A stretch of 64,000 nucleotides of DNA from Eledone cirrhosa. Taxonomy: Eukaryota. Each line of letters begins with the position of its first letter. Position 1 is the first letter of the stretch. The notes under the pieces were generated by a model that searched no databases, was not told the origin of the DNA, and saw nothing but the letters and a program-made list of their open reading frames with translations. Shown here in pieces: positions 25,210 to 37,400 of the stretch. Where the stretch lies: NCBI GenBank assembly GCA_964016885.1, contig OZ024741.1:386074001-386138000 (forward strand), read 5' to 3'. Made by a program: the position numbers and the translations under genes.

Positions 25210-28200
25210 ATAGTTGTTGTTGTAGTAGTTATAGTTGTTGTTGTGGTAGTTATAGTTGTTGTTGTAGTAGTTATAGTTTTTGTTGTGGTAGTTATAGTTG
25301 TTGTTGTAGTAGTTATAGTTGTTGTTGTGGTAGTTATTATTGTTGTTGTAGTAGTTATAGTTGTTGTTGTGGTAGTTATAGTTGTTGTTGTGGTAGTTAT
25401 AGTTGTTGCAGTAGTTATAGTTGTTGTTGTAGTAGTTATAGTTGTTGTTGTGGTAGTTATAGTTGTTGCTGTAGTAGTTATAGTTGTTGTTGTGGTAGTT
25501 ATAGTTGTTGTTGTAGTAGTTATTGTTGTTGTTGTGGTAGTTATAGTTGTTGTTGTAGTAGTTATAGTTGTTGTTGTGGTAGTTATAGTTGTTGTTGTGG
25601 TAGTTATAGTTGTTGTTGTAGTAGTTATAGTTGTTGTGGTGGTAGTTATACTTGTTGTTGCAGTAGTTATAGTTGTTGTTGTAGTAGTTATAGTTGTAGT
25701 TGTAGTAGTTATAGTTGTTGTTGTGGTAGTTATAGTTGTTGTTGTAGTAGTAACAGTTGTTATTGTGGTAGTTATAGTTGCTGTTGTTGTAGTTATAGTT
25801 GTTGTTGTGGTAGTTATAGTTGTTGTTGTAGTAGTTATAGTTGTTGTTGTAGTAGTTATAGTTGTTGTTGTAGTAGTTATAGTTGTTGTTGTTGTAGTTA
25901 TAGTTGTTGTTGTGGTAGTCATATTTGTTGTTGCAGTAGTTATAGTTGTTGTTGTAGTAGTTATAGTTGTTGTTGTGGTAGTTATAATTGTTGTTGTAGT
26001 AGTTATAGTTGTTGTTGTGGTAGTTATAGTTGTTGTTGTTGTAGTTATAGTTGTTGTTGTTGTAGTTATAGTTGTTGTTGTGGTAGTTATAGTTGTTGTT
26101 GTAGTAGTTATAGTTGTTGTTGTGGTAGTTATACTTGTTGTTGCAGTAGTTATAGTTGTTGTTGTAGTAGTTATAGTTGTAGTTGTAGTAGTTATAGTTG
26201 TTGTTGTGGTAGTTATAGTTGTTGTTGTAGTAGTTATAGTTGTTGTTGTAGTAGTTATAGTTGTTGTTGTGGTAGTTATAGTTGTTGTTGTAGTAGTAAC
26301 AGTTGTTGTTGTGGTAGTTATAGTTGCTGTTGTTGTAGTTATAGTTGTTGTTGTGGTAGTTATAGTTGTTGTTGTAGTAGTTATAGTTGTTGTTGTAGTA
26401 GTTATAGTTGTTGTTGTAGTAGTTATAGTTGTTGTTGTTGTAGTTATAGTTGTTGTTGTGGTAGTCATATTTGTTGTTGCAGTAGTTATAGTTGTTGTTG
26501 TAGTAGTTATAGTTGTTGTTGTGGTAGTTATAGTTGTTGTTGTAGTAGTTATAGTTGTTGTTGTAGTAGTTATAGTTGTTGTTGTAGTAGTTATAGTTGT
26601 TGTTGTGGTAGTTATAGTTGTTGTTGTAGTAGTTATAGTTGTTGTTGTAGTAGTTATAGTTGTTGTTGTGGTAGTTATAGTTGTTGTTGTAGTAGTAACA
26701 GTTGTTGTTGTGGTAGTTATAGTTGCTGTTGTTGTAGTTATAGTTGTTGTTGTGGTAGTTATAGTTGTTGTTGTAGTAGTTATAGTTGTTGTTGTAGTAG
26801 TTATAGTTGTTGTTGTAGTAGTTATAGTTGTTGTTGTGGTAGTTATAGTTGTTGTTGTTGTAGTTATAGTTGTTGTTGTGGTAGTTATAGTTGTTGTTGT
26901 AGTAGTTATAGTTGTTGTTGTAGTAGTTATAGTTGTTGTTGTAGTAGTTATAGTTGTTGTGATAGTTATAGTTGTTGTTGTAGTAGTTATAGTTGTTGTT
27001 GTGGTAGTTATAGTTGTTGTTGTAGTAGTTATAGTTGTTGTTGTGGTAGTTATAGTTGTTGTGGTAGTTATAGTTGTTGTTGTGGTAGTTATAGTTGTTG
27101 TTGTAGTAGTTATAGTTGTTGTTGTGGTAGTTATAGTTGTTGTTGTAGTAGTTATAGTTGTTGTTGTTGTAGTTATAGTTGTTGTTGTGGTAGTCATAGT
27201 TGTTGTTGCAGTAGTTATAGTTGTTGTTGTAGTAGTTATAGTTGTTGTTGTGGTAGTTATAGTTGTTGTTGTAGTAGTTATAGTTGTTGTTGTGGTAGTT
27301 ATAGTTGTTGTTGTTGTAGTTATAGTTGTTGTTGTTGTAGTTATAGTTGTTGTTGTGGTAGTTATAGTTGTTGTTGTGGTAGTTATAGTTGTTGTTGTAG
27401 TAGTTATAGTTGTTGTTGTTGTAGTTATAGTTGTTGTTGTGGTAGTTATAGTTGTTGTTGTAGTAGTTATAGTTGTTGTTGTTGTAGTTATAGTTGTTGT
27501 GGTAGTTATAGTTGTTGTTGTGGTAGTTATAGTTGTTGTTGTTGTAGTTATAGTTGTTGTAGTAGTTATAGTTGTTGTTGTTGTAGTTATAGTTGTTGTT
27601 GTAGTAGTTATAGTTGTTGTTGTGGTAGTTATAGTTGTTGTTGTAGTAGTTATAGTTTTTGTTGTGGTAGTTATAGTTGTTGTTGTAGTAGTTATAGTTG
27701 TTGTTGTGGTAGTTATAGTTGTTGTTGTAGTAGTTATAGTTGTTGTTGTGGTAGTTATAGTTGTTGTTGTGGTAGTTATAATTGTTGCAGTAGTTATAGT
27801 TGTTGTTGTGGTAGTTATAGTTGTTGTTGTAGTAGTTATAGTTGTTGCAGTAGTTATAGTTGTTGTTGTGGTAGTTATAGTTGTTGTTGTGGTAGTTATA
27901 GTTGTTGTTGTAGTAGTTATAGTTGTTGCAGTAGTTATAGTTGTTGTTGTGGTAGTTATAGTTGTTGTTGTGGTAGTTATAGTTGTTGTTGTGGTAGTTA
28001 TAGTTGTTGTTGTAGTAGTTATAGTTGTTGCAATAGTTATAGTTGTTGTTGTGGTAGTTATAGTTGTTGTTGTGGTAGTTATAGTTGTTGTTGTAGTAGT
28101 TATAGTTGTTGCAGTAGTTATAGTTGTTGTTGTGGTAGTTATAGTTGTTGTTGTGGTAGTTATAGTTGTTGTTGTGGTAGTTATAGTTGTTGTTGTAGTA

Positions 28201-31200
28201 GTTATAGTTGTTGCAGTAGTTACAGTTGTTGTTGTGGTAGTTATAGTTGTTGTTGTGGTAGTTATAGTTGTTGTTGTGGTAGTTATAGTTGTTGTTGTAG
28301 TAGTTATAGTTGTTGTGGTGGTAGTTATACTTGTTGTTGCAGTAGTTATAGTTGTTGTTGTAGTAGTTATAGTTGTAGTTGTAGTAGTTATAGTTGTTGT
28401 TGTGGTAGTTATAGTTGTTATTGTGGTTATTATAGTTGTTGTTGTGGTAGTTATAGTTGTTGCAGTAGTTATAGTTGTTGTTGTGGTAGTTATAGTTGTT
28501 GTTGTGGTAGTTGTAGTTGTTGTTGTGGTAGTTATAGTTGTTGTTGTAGTAGTTATAGTTGTTGTTGTGGTAGTTATAGTTGTTGTTGTGGTAGTTTTAG
28601 TTGTTGTTGTGGTAGTTATAGTTGTTGTTGTAGTAGTTATAGTTGTTGTTGTGGTAGTTATAGTTGTTGTTGTGGTAGTTATAGTTGTTGTTGTGGTAGT
28701 TATAGTTGTTGTTGCAGTAGTTATAGTTGTTGTTGTAGTTATAGTTGTTGTTGTGGTAGTTATAGTTGTTGTTGTGGTAGTTATAGTTGTTGTTGTAGTA
28801 GTTATAGTTGTTGTTGTGGTAGTTATAGTTGTTGTTGTGGTAGTTATAGTTGTTGTTGTGGTAGTTATAGTTGTTGTTGTGGTTATTGTAGTTGTTGTTG
28901 TGGTAGTTATAGTTGTTGCAGTAGTTATAGTTGTTGTTGTGGTAGTTATAGTTGTTGTTGTGGTAGTTATAGTTGTTGTTGTGGTAGTTATAGTTGTTGT
29001 TGTAGTAGTTATAGTTGTTGTTGTGGTAGTTATAGTTGTTGTTGTAGTAGTTATAGTTGTTGTTGTGGTAGTTATAGTTGTTGTTGTGGTAGTTATAGTT
29101 GTTGTTGTGGTAGTTATAGTTGTTGTTGTAGTAGTTATAGTTGTTGTTGTAGTAGTTATAGTTGGTGTTGTGGTAGTTATAGTTGTTGTTGCGGTAGTTA
29201 TAGTTGTTGTTGTGGTAGTTATAGTTGTTGTTGTAGTAGTTATAGTTGTTGTTGTAGTAGTTATAGTTGTTGTTGTGGTAGTTATAGTTGTTGCTGTAGT
29301 AGTTATAGTTGTTGTTGTGGTAGTTATAGTTGTTGTTGTAGTAGTTATTGTTGTTGTTGTGGTAGTTATAGTTGTTGTTGTAGTAGTTATAGTTGTTGTT
29401 GTGGTAGTTATAGTTGTTGTTGTGGTAGTTATAGTTGTTGTTGTAGTAGTTATAGTTGTTGTGGTGGTAGTTATACTTGTTGTTGCAGTAGTTATAGTTG
29501 TTGTTGTAGTAGTTATAGTTGTAGTTGTAGTAGTTATAGTTGTTGTTGTGGTAGTTATAGTTGTTGTTGTAGTAGTAACAGTTGTTATTGTGGTAGTTAT
29601 AGTTGCTGTTGTTGTAGTTATAGTTGTTGTTGTGGTAGTTATAGTTGTTGTTGTAGTAGTTATAGTTGTTGTTGTAGTAGTTATAGTTGTTGTTGTAGTA
29701 GTTATAGTTGTTGTTGTTGTAGTTATAGTTGTTGTTGTGGTAGTCATATTTGTTGTTGCAGTAGTTATAGTTGTTGTTGTAGTAGTTATAGTTGTTGTTG
29801 TGGTAGTTATAATTGTTGTTGTAGTAGTTATAGTTGTTGTTGTGGTAGTTATAGTTGTTGTTGTTGTAGTTATAGTTGTTGTTGTTGTAGTTATAGTTGT
29901 TGTTGTGGTAGTTATAGTTGTTGTTGTAGTAGTTATAGTTGTTGTTGTGGTAGTTATACTTGTTGTTGCAGTAGTTATAGTTGTTGTTGTAGTAGTTATA
30001 GTTGTAGTTGTAGTAGTTATAGTTGTTGTTGTGGTAGTTATAGTTGTTGTTGTAGTAGTTATAGTTGTTGTTGTAGTAGTTATAGTTGTTGTTGTGGTAG
30101 TTATAGTTGTTGTTGTAGTAGTAACAGTTGTTGTTGTGGTAGTTATAGTTGCTGTTGTTGTAGTTATAGTTGTTGTTGTGGTAGTTATAGTTGTTGTTGT
30201 AGTAGTTATAGTTGTTGTTGTAGTAGTTATAGTTGTTGTTGTAGTAGTTATAGTTGTTGTTGTTGTAGTTATAGTTGTTGTTGTGGTAGTCATATTTGTT
30301 GTTGCAGTAGTTATAGTTGTTGTTGTAGTAGTTATAGTTGTTGTTGTGGTAGTTATAATTGTTGTTGTAGTAGTTATAATTGTTGTTGTAGTAGTTATAG
30401 TTGTTGTTGTGGTAGTTATAGTTGTTGTTGTTGTAGTTATAGTTGTTGTTGTTGTAGTTATAGTTGTTGTTGTGGTAGTTATAGTTGTTGTTGTAGTAGT
30501 TATAGTTGTTGTTGTAGTTATAGTTGTTGTTGTGGTAGTTATAGTTGTTGTTGTGGTAGTTATAGTTGTTGTTGTAGTAGTTATAGTTGTTGTTGTGGTA
30601 GTTATAGTTGTTGTTGTGGTAGTCATAGTTGTTGTTGTGGTAGTTATAGTTGTTGTTGTTGTAGTTATAGTTGTTGTAGTAGTTATAGTTGTTGTTGTTG
30701 TAGTTATAGTTGTTGTTGTAGTAGTTACAGTTGTTGTTGTGGTAGTTATAGTTGTTGTTGTGGTAGTTATAGTTGTTGTTGTGGTAGTTATAGTTGTTGT
30801 TGTTGTAGTTATAGTTGTTGTTGTAGTAGTTATAGTTGTTGTTGTTGTAGTTATAGTTGTTGTTGTGGTAGTCATAGTTGTTGTTGTGGTAGTTATAGTT
30901 GTTGTTGTTGTAGTTATAGTTGTTGTAGTAGTTATAGTTGTTGTTGTTGTAGTTATAGTTGTTGTTGTAGTAGTTACAGTTGTTGTTGTGGTAGTTATAG
31001 TTGTTGTTGTGGTAGTTATAGTTGTTGTTGTGGTAGTTATAGTTGTTGTTGTTGTAGTTATAGTTGTTGTAGTAGTTATAGTTGTTGTTGTTGTAGTTAT
31101 AGTTGTTGTTGTAGTAGTTACAGTTGTTGTTGTGGTAGTTATAGTTGTTGTTGTGGTAGTTATAGTTGTTGTTGTGGTAGTTATAGTTGTTGTTGTTGTA

Positions 31201-31473
31201 GTTATAGTTGTTGTAGTAGTTATAGTTGTTGTTGTTGTAGTTATAGTTGTTGTTGTAGTAGTTACGGTTGTTGTTGTGGTAGTTATTGTTGTTGTTGTAG
31301 TAGTTATAGTTGTTGTTGTTGTAGTTATAGTTGTTGTTGTGGTAGTCATAGTTGTTGTTGCAGTAGTTATAGTTGTTGTTGTAGTAGTTATAGTTGTTGT
31401 TGTGGTAGTTATAGTTGTTGTTGTAGTAGTTATAGTTGTTGTTGTAGTAGTTATAGTTGTTGTTGTAGTAGTT
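25210..31473. repeat. Satellite domain C: long cassette-free unit with internal duplications
   Basis: The private variants GTAACAG (C at 25754, 29579 and others) and GTCATATTT occur here. GTGGTGGTAGTTATACTT (C at 25651 and 29476) shows the same offset of 3825. There is no TTAA monomer between 25183 and 31488. Confidence 0.82.
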
Positions 31474-34400
31474 ATTGTTGTTGTTTAATAGTTATAGTTG
31501 TTGTTGTGGTAGTTATAGTTGTTGTTGTTGTAGTTATAGTTGTTGTTGTAATAGTTATAGTTGTTGTAGTAGTTATAGTTGTTGTAGTAGTTATAGTTGT
31601 TGTTGTAATAGTTATAGTTGTTGTTGTGTTAGTTATAGTTGTTGTTTAATAGTTATAGTTGTTGTTGTAATAGTTATAGTTGTTGTTGTAGTATATATAG
31701 TTGTTGTTGTAGTAGTTATAGTTGTTGTTGTAGTAGTTATAGTTGTTGTTGTAGTAGTTATAGCTGTTGTTGTAGTAGTTATAGTTGTTGTTGTGGTAGT
31801 TATAGTTGTTGTTGTAGTAGTTATAGTTGTTGTTGTGGTAGTTATAGTTGTTGTTGTGGTAGTTATAGTTGTTGTTTAATAGTTATAGTTGTTTGTGTTG
31901 TAGTTATAGTTGTTGTTGTAGTAGTTATAGTTGTTGTTGTGGTAGTTATAGTTGTTGTTGTAGTAGTTATAGTTGTTGTTGTGGTAGTTATAGTTGTTGT
32001 TGTAGTAGTTATAGTTGTTGTTGTGGTAGTTATAGTTGTTGTTGTGGTAGTTATAGTTGTTGTTGTAGTAGTTATAGTTGTTGCAGTAGTTATAGTTGTT
32101 GTTGTGGTAGTTATAGTTGTTGTTGTGGTAGTTATAGTTGTTGTTGTGGTAGTTATAGTTGTTGTTGTGGTAGTTATAGTTGTTGTTGTGGTAGTTTTAG
32201 TTGTTGTTGTGGTAGTTATAGTTGTTGTTGTAGTAGTTATAGTTGTTGTTGTGGTAGTTATAGTTGTTGTTGTGGTAGTTATAGTTGTTGTTGTGGTAGT
32301 TATAGTTGTTGTTGTGGTAGTTATAGTTGTTGCAGTAGTTATAGTTGTTGTTGTGGTAGTTATAGTTGTTGTTGTGGTAGTTGTAGTTGTTGTTTTGGTA
32401 GTTATAGTTGTTGTTGTAGTAGTTATAGTTGTTGTTGTGGTAGTTATAGTTGTTGTTGTGGTAGTTTTAGTTGTTGTTGTGGTAGTTATAGTTGTTGTTG
32501 TAGTAGTTATAGTTGTTGTTGTGGTAGTTATAGTTGTTGTTGTGGTAGTTATAGTTGTTGTTGTGGTAGTTATAGTTGTTGCAGTAGTTATAGTTGTTGT
32601 TGTGGTAGTTATAGTTGTTGTTGTGGTAGTTATAGTTGTTGCAGTAGTTATAGTTGTTGTTGTGGTAGTTATAGTTGTTGTTGTGGTAGTTATAGTTGTT
32701 GCAGTAGTTATAGTTGTTGTTGTGGTAGTTATAGTTGTTGTTGTGGTAGTTATAGTTGTTGCAGTAGTTATAGTTGTTGTTGTGGTAGTTATAGTTGTTG
32801 TTGTGGTAGTTGTAGTTGTTGTTGTGGTAGTTATAGTTGTTGTTGTAGTAGTTATAGTTGTTGTTGTGGTAGTTATAGTTGTTGTTGTGGTAGTTTTAGT
32901 TGTTGTTGTGGTAGTTATAGTTGTTGTTGTAGTAGTTATAGTTGTTGTTGTGGTAGTTATAGTTGTTGTTGTGGTAGTTATAGTTGTTGTTGTGGTAGTT
33001 ATAGTTGTTGTTGCAGTAGTTATAGTTGTTGTTGTAGTTATAGTTGTTGTTGTGGTAGTTATAGTTGTTGTTGTGGTAGTTATAGTTGTTGTTGTGGTAG
33101 TTATAGTTGTTGTTGTGGCAGTTATAGTTGTTGTTGTAGTAGTTATAGTTGTTGTTGTGGTAGTTATAGTTGTTGTTGTGGTAGTTATAGTTGTTGTTGT
33201 AGTAGTTATAGTTGTTGCAGTAGTTATAGTTGTTGTTGTGGTAGTTATAGTTGTTGTTGTGGTAGTTATAGTTGTTGTTGTGGTAGTTATAGTTGTTGTT
33301 GTGGTTATTGTAGTTGTTGTTGTGGTAGTTATAGTTGTTGCTGTAGTTATAGTTGTTGTTGTGGTAGTTATAGTTGTTGTTGTGGTAGTTATAGTTGTTG
33401 TTGTGGTAGTTATAGTTGTTGTTGTAGTAGTTATAGTTGTTGTTGTGGTAGTTATAGTTGTTGTTGTAGTAGTTATAGTTGTTGTTGTGGTAGTTATAGT
33501 TGTTGTTGTGGTAGTTATAGTTGTTGTTGTGGTAGTTATAGTTGTTGTTGTGGTAGTTATAGTTGTTGTTGTAGTAGTTATAGTTGTTGTTGTAGTAGTT
33601 ATAGTTGTTGTTGTGGTAGTTATAGTTGTTGTTGCGGTAGTTATAGTTGTTGTTGTGGTAGTTATAGTTGTTGTTGTAGTAGTTATAGTTGTTGTTGTAG
33701 TAGTTATAGTTGTTGTTGTGGTAGTTATAGTTGTTGTTGTAGTAGTTATAGTTGTTGTTGTGGTTATTGTAGTTGTTGTTGTGGTAGTTATAGTTGTTGC
33801 TGTAGTTATAGTTGTTGTTGTGGTAGTTATAGTTGTTGTTGTGGTAGTTATAGTTGTTGCTGTAGTAGTTATAGTTGTTGTTGTGGTAGTTATAGTTGTT
33901 GTTGTAGTAGTTATAGTTGTTGTTGTGGTAGTTATAGTTTTTGTTGTAGTAGTTATAGTTGTTGTTGTGGTAGTTATAGTTGTTGTTGTGGTAGTTATAG
34001 TTGTTGTTGTAGTAGTTATAGTTGTTGTTGTGGTAGTTATAGTTGTTGTTGTGGTAGTTATAGTTGTTGTTGTAGTAGTTATAGTTGTTGTTGTTGTAGT
34101 TATAGTTGTTGTTGTGGTAGTTATAGTTGTTGTTGTAGTAGTTATAGTTGTTGTTGTTGTAGTTATAGTTGTTGTTGTGGTAGTTATAGTTGTTGTGGTA
34201 GTTATAGTTGTTGTTGTTGTAGTTATAGTTGTTGTAGTAGTTATACTTGTTGTTGTTGTAGTTATAGTTGTTGTTGTAGTAGTTATAGTTGTTGTTGTGG
34301 TAGTTATAGTTGTTGTTGTAGTAGTTATAGTTGTTGTTGTTGTAGTTATAGTTGTTGTTGTGGTAGTCATAGTTGTTGTTGCAGTAGTTATAGTTGTTGT

Positions 34401-37400
34401 TGTAGTAGTTATAGTTGTTGTTGTGGTAGTTATAGTTGTTGTTGTAGTAGTTATAGTTGTTGTTGTGGTAGTTATAGTTGTTGTTGTAGTAGTTATAGTT
34501 GTTTTTGTGGTAGTTATAGTTGTTGTTGTGGTAGTTATAGTTGTTGTTGTAGTAGTTATAGTTGTTGCAGTAGTTATAGTTGTTGTTGTGGTAGTTATAG
34601 TTGTTGTTGTGGTTATTATAGTTGTTGTTGTGGTAGTTATAGTTGTTGTAGTAGTTATAGTTGTTGTTGTGGTAGTTATAGTTGTTGTTGTAGTAGTTAT
34701 AGTTGTTGTTGTGGTAGTTATAGTTGTTGTTGTAGTAGTTATAGTTGTTGTTGTGGTAGTTATATTTGTTGTTGTAGTAGTTATAGTTGTTGTTGTGGTA
34801 GTTATAGTTGTTGTTGTGGTAGTTATAGTTGTTGTTGTTGTAGTTATAGTTGTTGTTGTGGTAGTTATAGTTGTTGTTGTAGTAGTTATAGTTGTTGTTG
34901 TAGTAGTTATAGTTGTTGTTGTTGTAGTTATAGTTGTTGTTGTGGTAGTTATAGTTGTTGTTGTAGTAGTTATAGTTGTTGTTGTTGTAGTTATAGTTGT
35001 TGTTGTGGTAGTTATAGTTGTTCTGGTAGTAGTTATAGTTGTTGTTGTTGTAGTTATAGTTGTTGTTGTGGTAGTTATAGTTGTTGTTGTAGTAGTTATA
35101 GTTGTTGTTGTAGTAGTTGTAGTTGTTGTTGTTGTAGTTATAGTTGTTGTTGTGGTAGTTATAGTTGTTGTTGTAGTAGTTATAGTTGTTGTTGTTGTAG
35201 TTATAGTTGTTGTTGTGGTAGTTATAGTTGTTGTTGTAGTAGTTATAGTTGTTGTTGTGGTAGTTATAGTTGTTGTAGTAGTTATAGTTGTTGTTGTGGT
35301 AGTTATAGTTGTTGTTGTAGTAGTTAGAGTTGTTGTTGTAGTAGTTATAGTTGTTGTTGTGGTAGTCATAGTTGTTGTTGCAGTAGTTATAGTTGTTGTT
35401 GTGGTAGTTATAGTTGTTGTTGTGGTAGTTATAGTTGTTGTTGTAGTAGTTATAGTTGTTGTTGTGGTAGTCATAGTTGTTGTTGCAGTAGTTATAGTTG
35501 TTGTTGTGGTAGTTATAGTTGTTGTTGCAGTAGTTATAGTTGTTGTTGTGGTAGTTATAGTTGTTGTTGTAGTAGTTATAGTTGTTTTTGTGGTAGTTAT
35601 AGTTGTTGTTGTGGTAGTTATAGTTGTTGTTGTAGTAGTTATAGTTGTTGCAGTAGTTATAGTTGTTGTTGTGGTAGTTATAGTTGTTGTTGTGGTAGTT
35701 ATAGTTGTTGTTGTGGTAGTTATAGTTGTTGTTGTGGTAGTTATAGTTGTTGTTGTTGTAGTTATAGTTGTTGTTGTTGTAGTTATAGTTGTTGTTGTGG
35801 TAGTTATAGTTGTTGTTGTAGTAGTTATAGTTGTTGTTGTAGTTATAGTTGTTGTTGTGGTAGTTATAGTTGTTGTTGTGGTAGTTATAGTTGTTGTTGT
35901 AGTAGTTATAGTTGTTGTTGTGGTAGTTATAGTTGTTGTTGTGGTAGTCATAGTTGTTGTTGTGGTAGTTATAGTTGTTGTTGTTGTAGTTATAGTTGTT
36001 GTAGTAGTTATAGTTGTTGTTGTTGTAGTTATAGTTGTTGTTGTAGTAGTTACAGTTGTTGTTGTGGTAGTTATAGTTGTTGTTGTGGTAGTTATAGTTG
36101 TTGTTGTGGTAGTTATAGTTGTTGTTGTTGTAGTTATAGTTGTTGTTGTAGTAGTTATAGTTGTTGTTGTTGTAGTTATAGTTGTTGTTGTGGTAGTCAT
36201 AGTTGTTGTTGTGGTAGTTATAGTTGTTGTTGTTGTAGTTATAGTTGTTGTAGTAGTTATAGTTGTTGTTGTTGTAGTTATAGTTGTTGTTGTAGTAGTT
36301 ACAGTTGTTGTTGTGGTAGTTATAGTTGTTGTTGTGGTAGTTATAGTTGTTGTTGTGGTAGTTATAGTTGTTGTTGTTGTAGTTATAGTTGTTGTAGTAG
36401 TTATAGTTGTTGTTGTTGTAGTTATAGTTGTTGTTGTAGTAGTTACAGTTGTTGTTGTGGTAGTTATAGTTGTTGTTGTGGTAGTTATAGTTGTTGTTGT
36501 GGTAGTTATAGTTGTTGTTGTTGTAGTTATAGTTGTTGTAGTAGTTATAGTTGTTGTTGTTGTAGTTATAGTTGTTGTTGTAGTAGTTACAGTTGTTGTT
36601 GTGGTAGTTATTGTTGTTGTTGTAGTAGTTATAGTTGTTGTTGTTGTAGTTATAGTTGTTGTTGTGGTAGTCATAGTTGTTGTTGCAGTAGTTATAGTTG
36701 TTGTTGTAGTAGTTATAGTTGTTGTTGTGGTAGTTATAGTTGTTGTTGTAGTAGTTATAGTTGTTGTTGTAGTAGTTATAGTTGTTGTTGTAGTAGTTAT
36801 TGTTGTTGTTTAATAGTTATAGTTGTTGTTGTGGTAGTTATAGTTGTTGTTGTTGTAGTTATAGTTGTTGTTGTAATAGTTATAGTTGTTGTAGTAGTTA
36901 TAGTTGTTGTAGTAGTTATAGTTGTTGTTGTAATAGTTATAGTTGTTGTTGTGTTAGTTATAGTTGTTGTTTAATAGTTATAGTTGTTGTTGTAATAGTT
37001 ATAGTTGTTGTTGTAGTATATATAGTTGTTGTTGTAGTAGTTATAGTTGTTGTTGTAGTAGTTATAGTTGTTGTTGTAGTAGTTATAGCTGTTGTTGTAG
37101 TAGTTATAGTTGTTGTTGTGGTAGTTATAGTTGTTGTTGTAGTAGTTATAGTTGTTGTTGTGGTAGTTATAGTTGTTGTTGTGGTAGTTATAGTTGTTGT
37201 TTAATAGTTATAGTTGTTTGTGTTGTAGTTATAGTTGTTGTTGTAGTAGTTATAGTTGTTGTTGTGGTAGTTATAGTTGTTGTTGTAGTAGTTATAGTTG
37301 TTGTTGTGGTAGTTATAGTTGTTGTTGTAGTAGTTATAGTTGTTGTTGTGGTAGTTATAGTTGTTGTTGTGGTAGTTATAGTTGTTGTTGTAGTAGTTAT

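Noticed and set aside
25173-31649. Cys/Ser-rich ORFs (SYSCCCG)n resembling keratin-associated or metallothionein-like proteins
   Set aside because: These are an alternative frame of the same repeat with no ATG, signal peptide or unique termini. They are interrupted by sporadic stops (e.g. 3184, 9352, 35327, 40571, 44720) that are copied along with the duplications.
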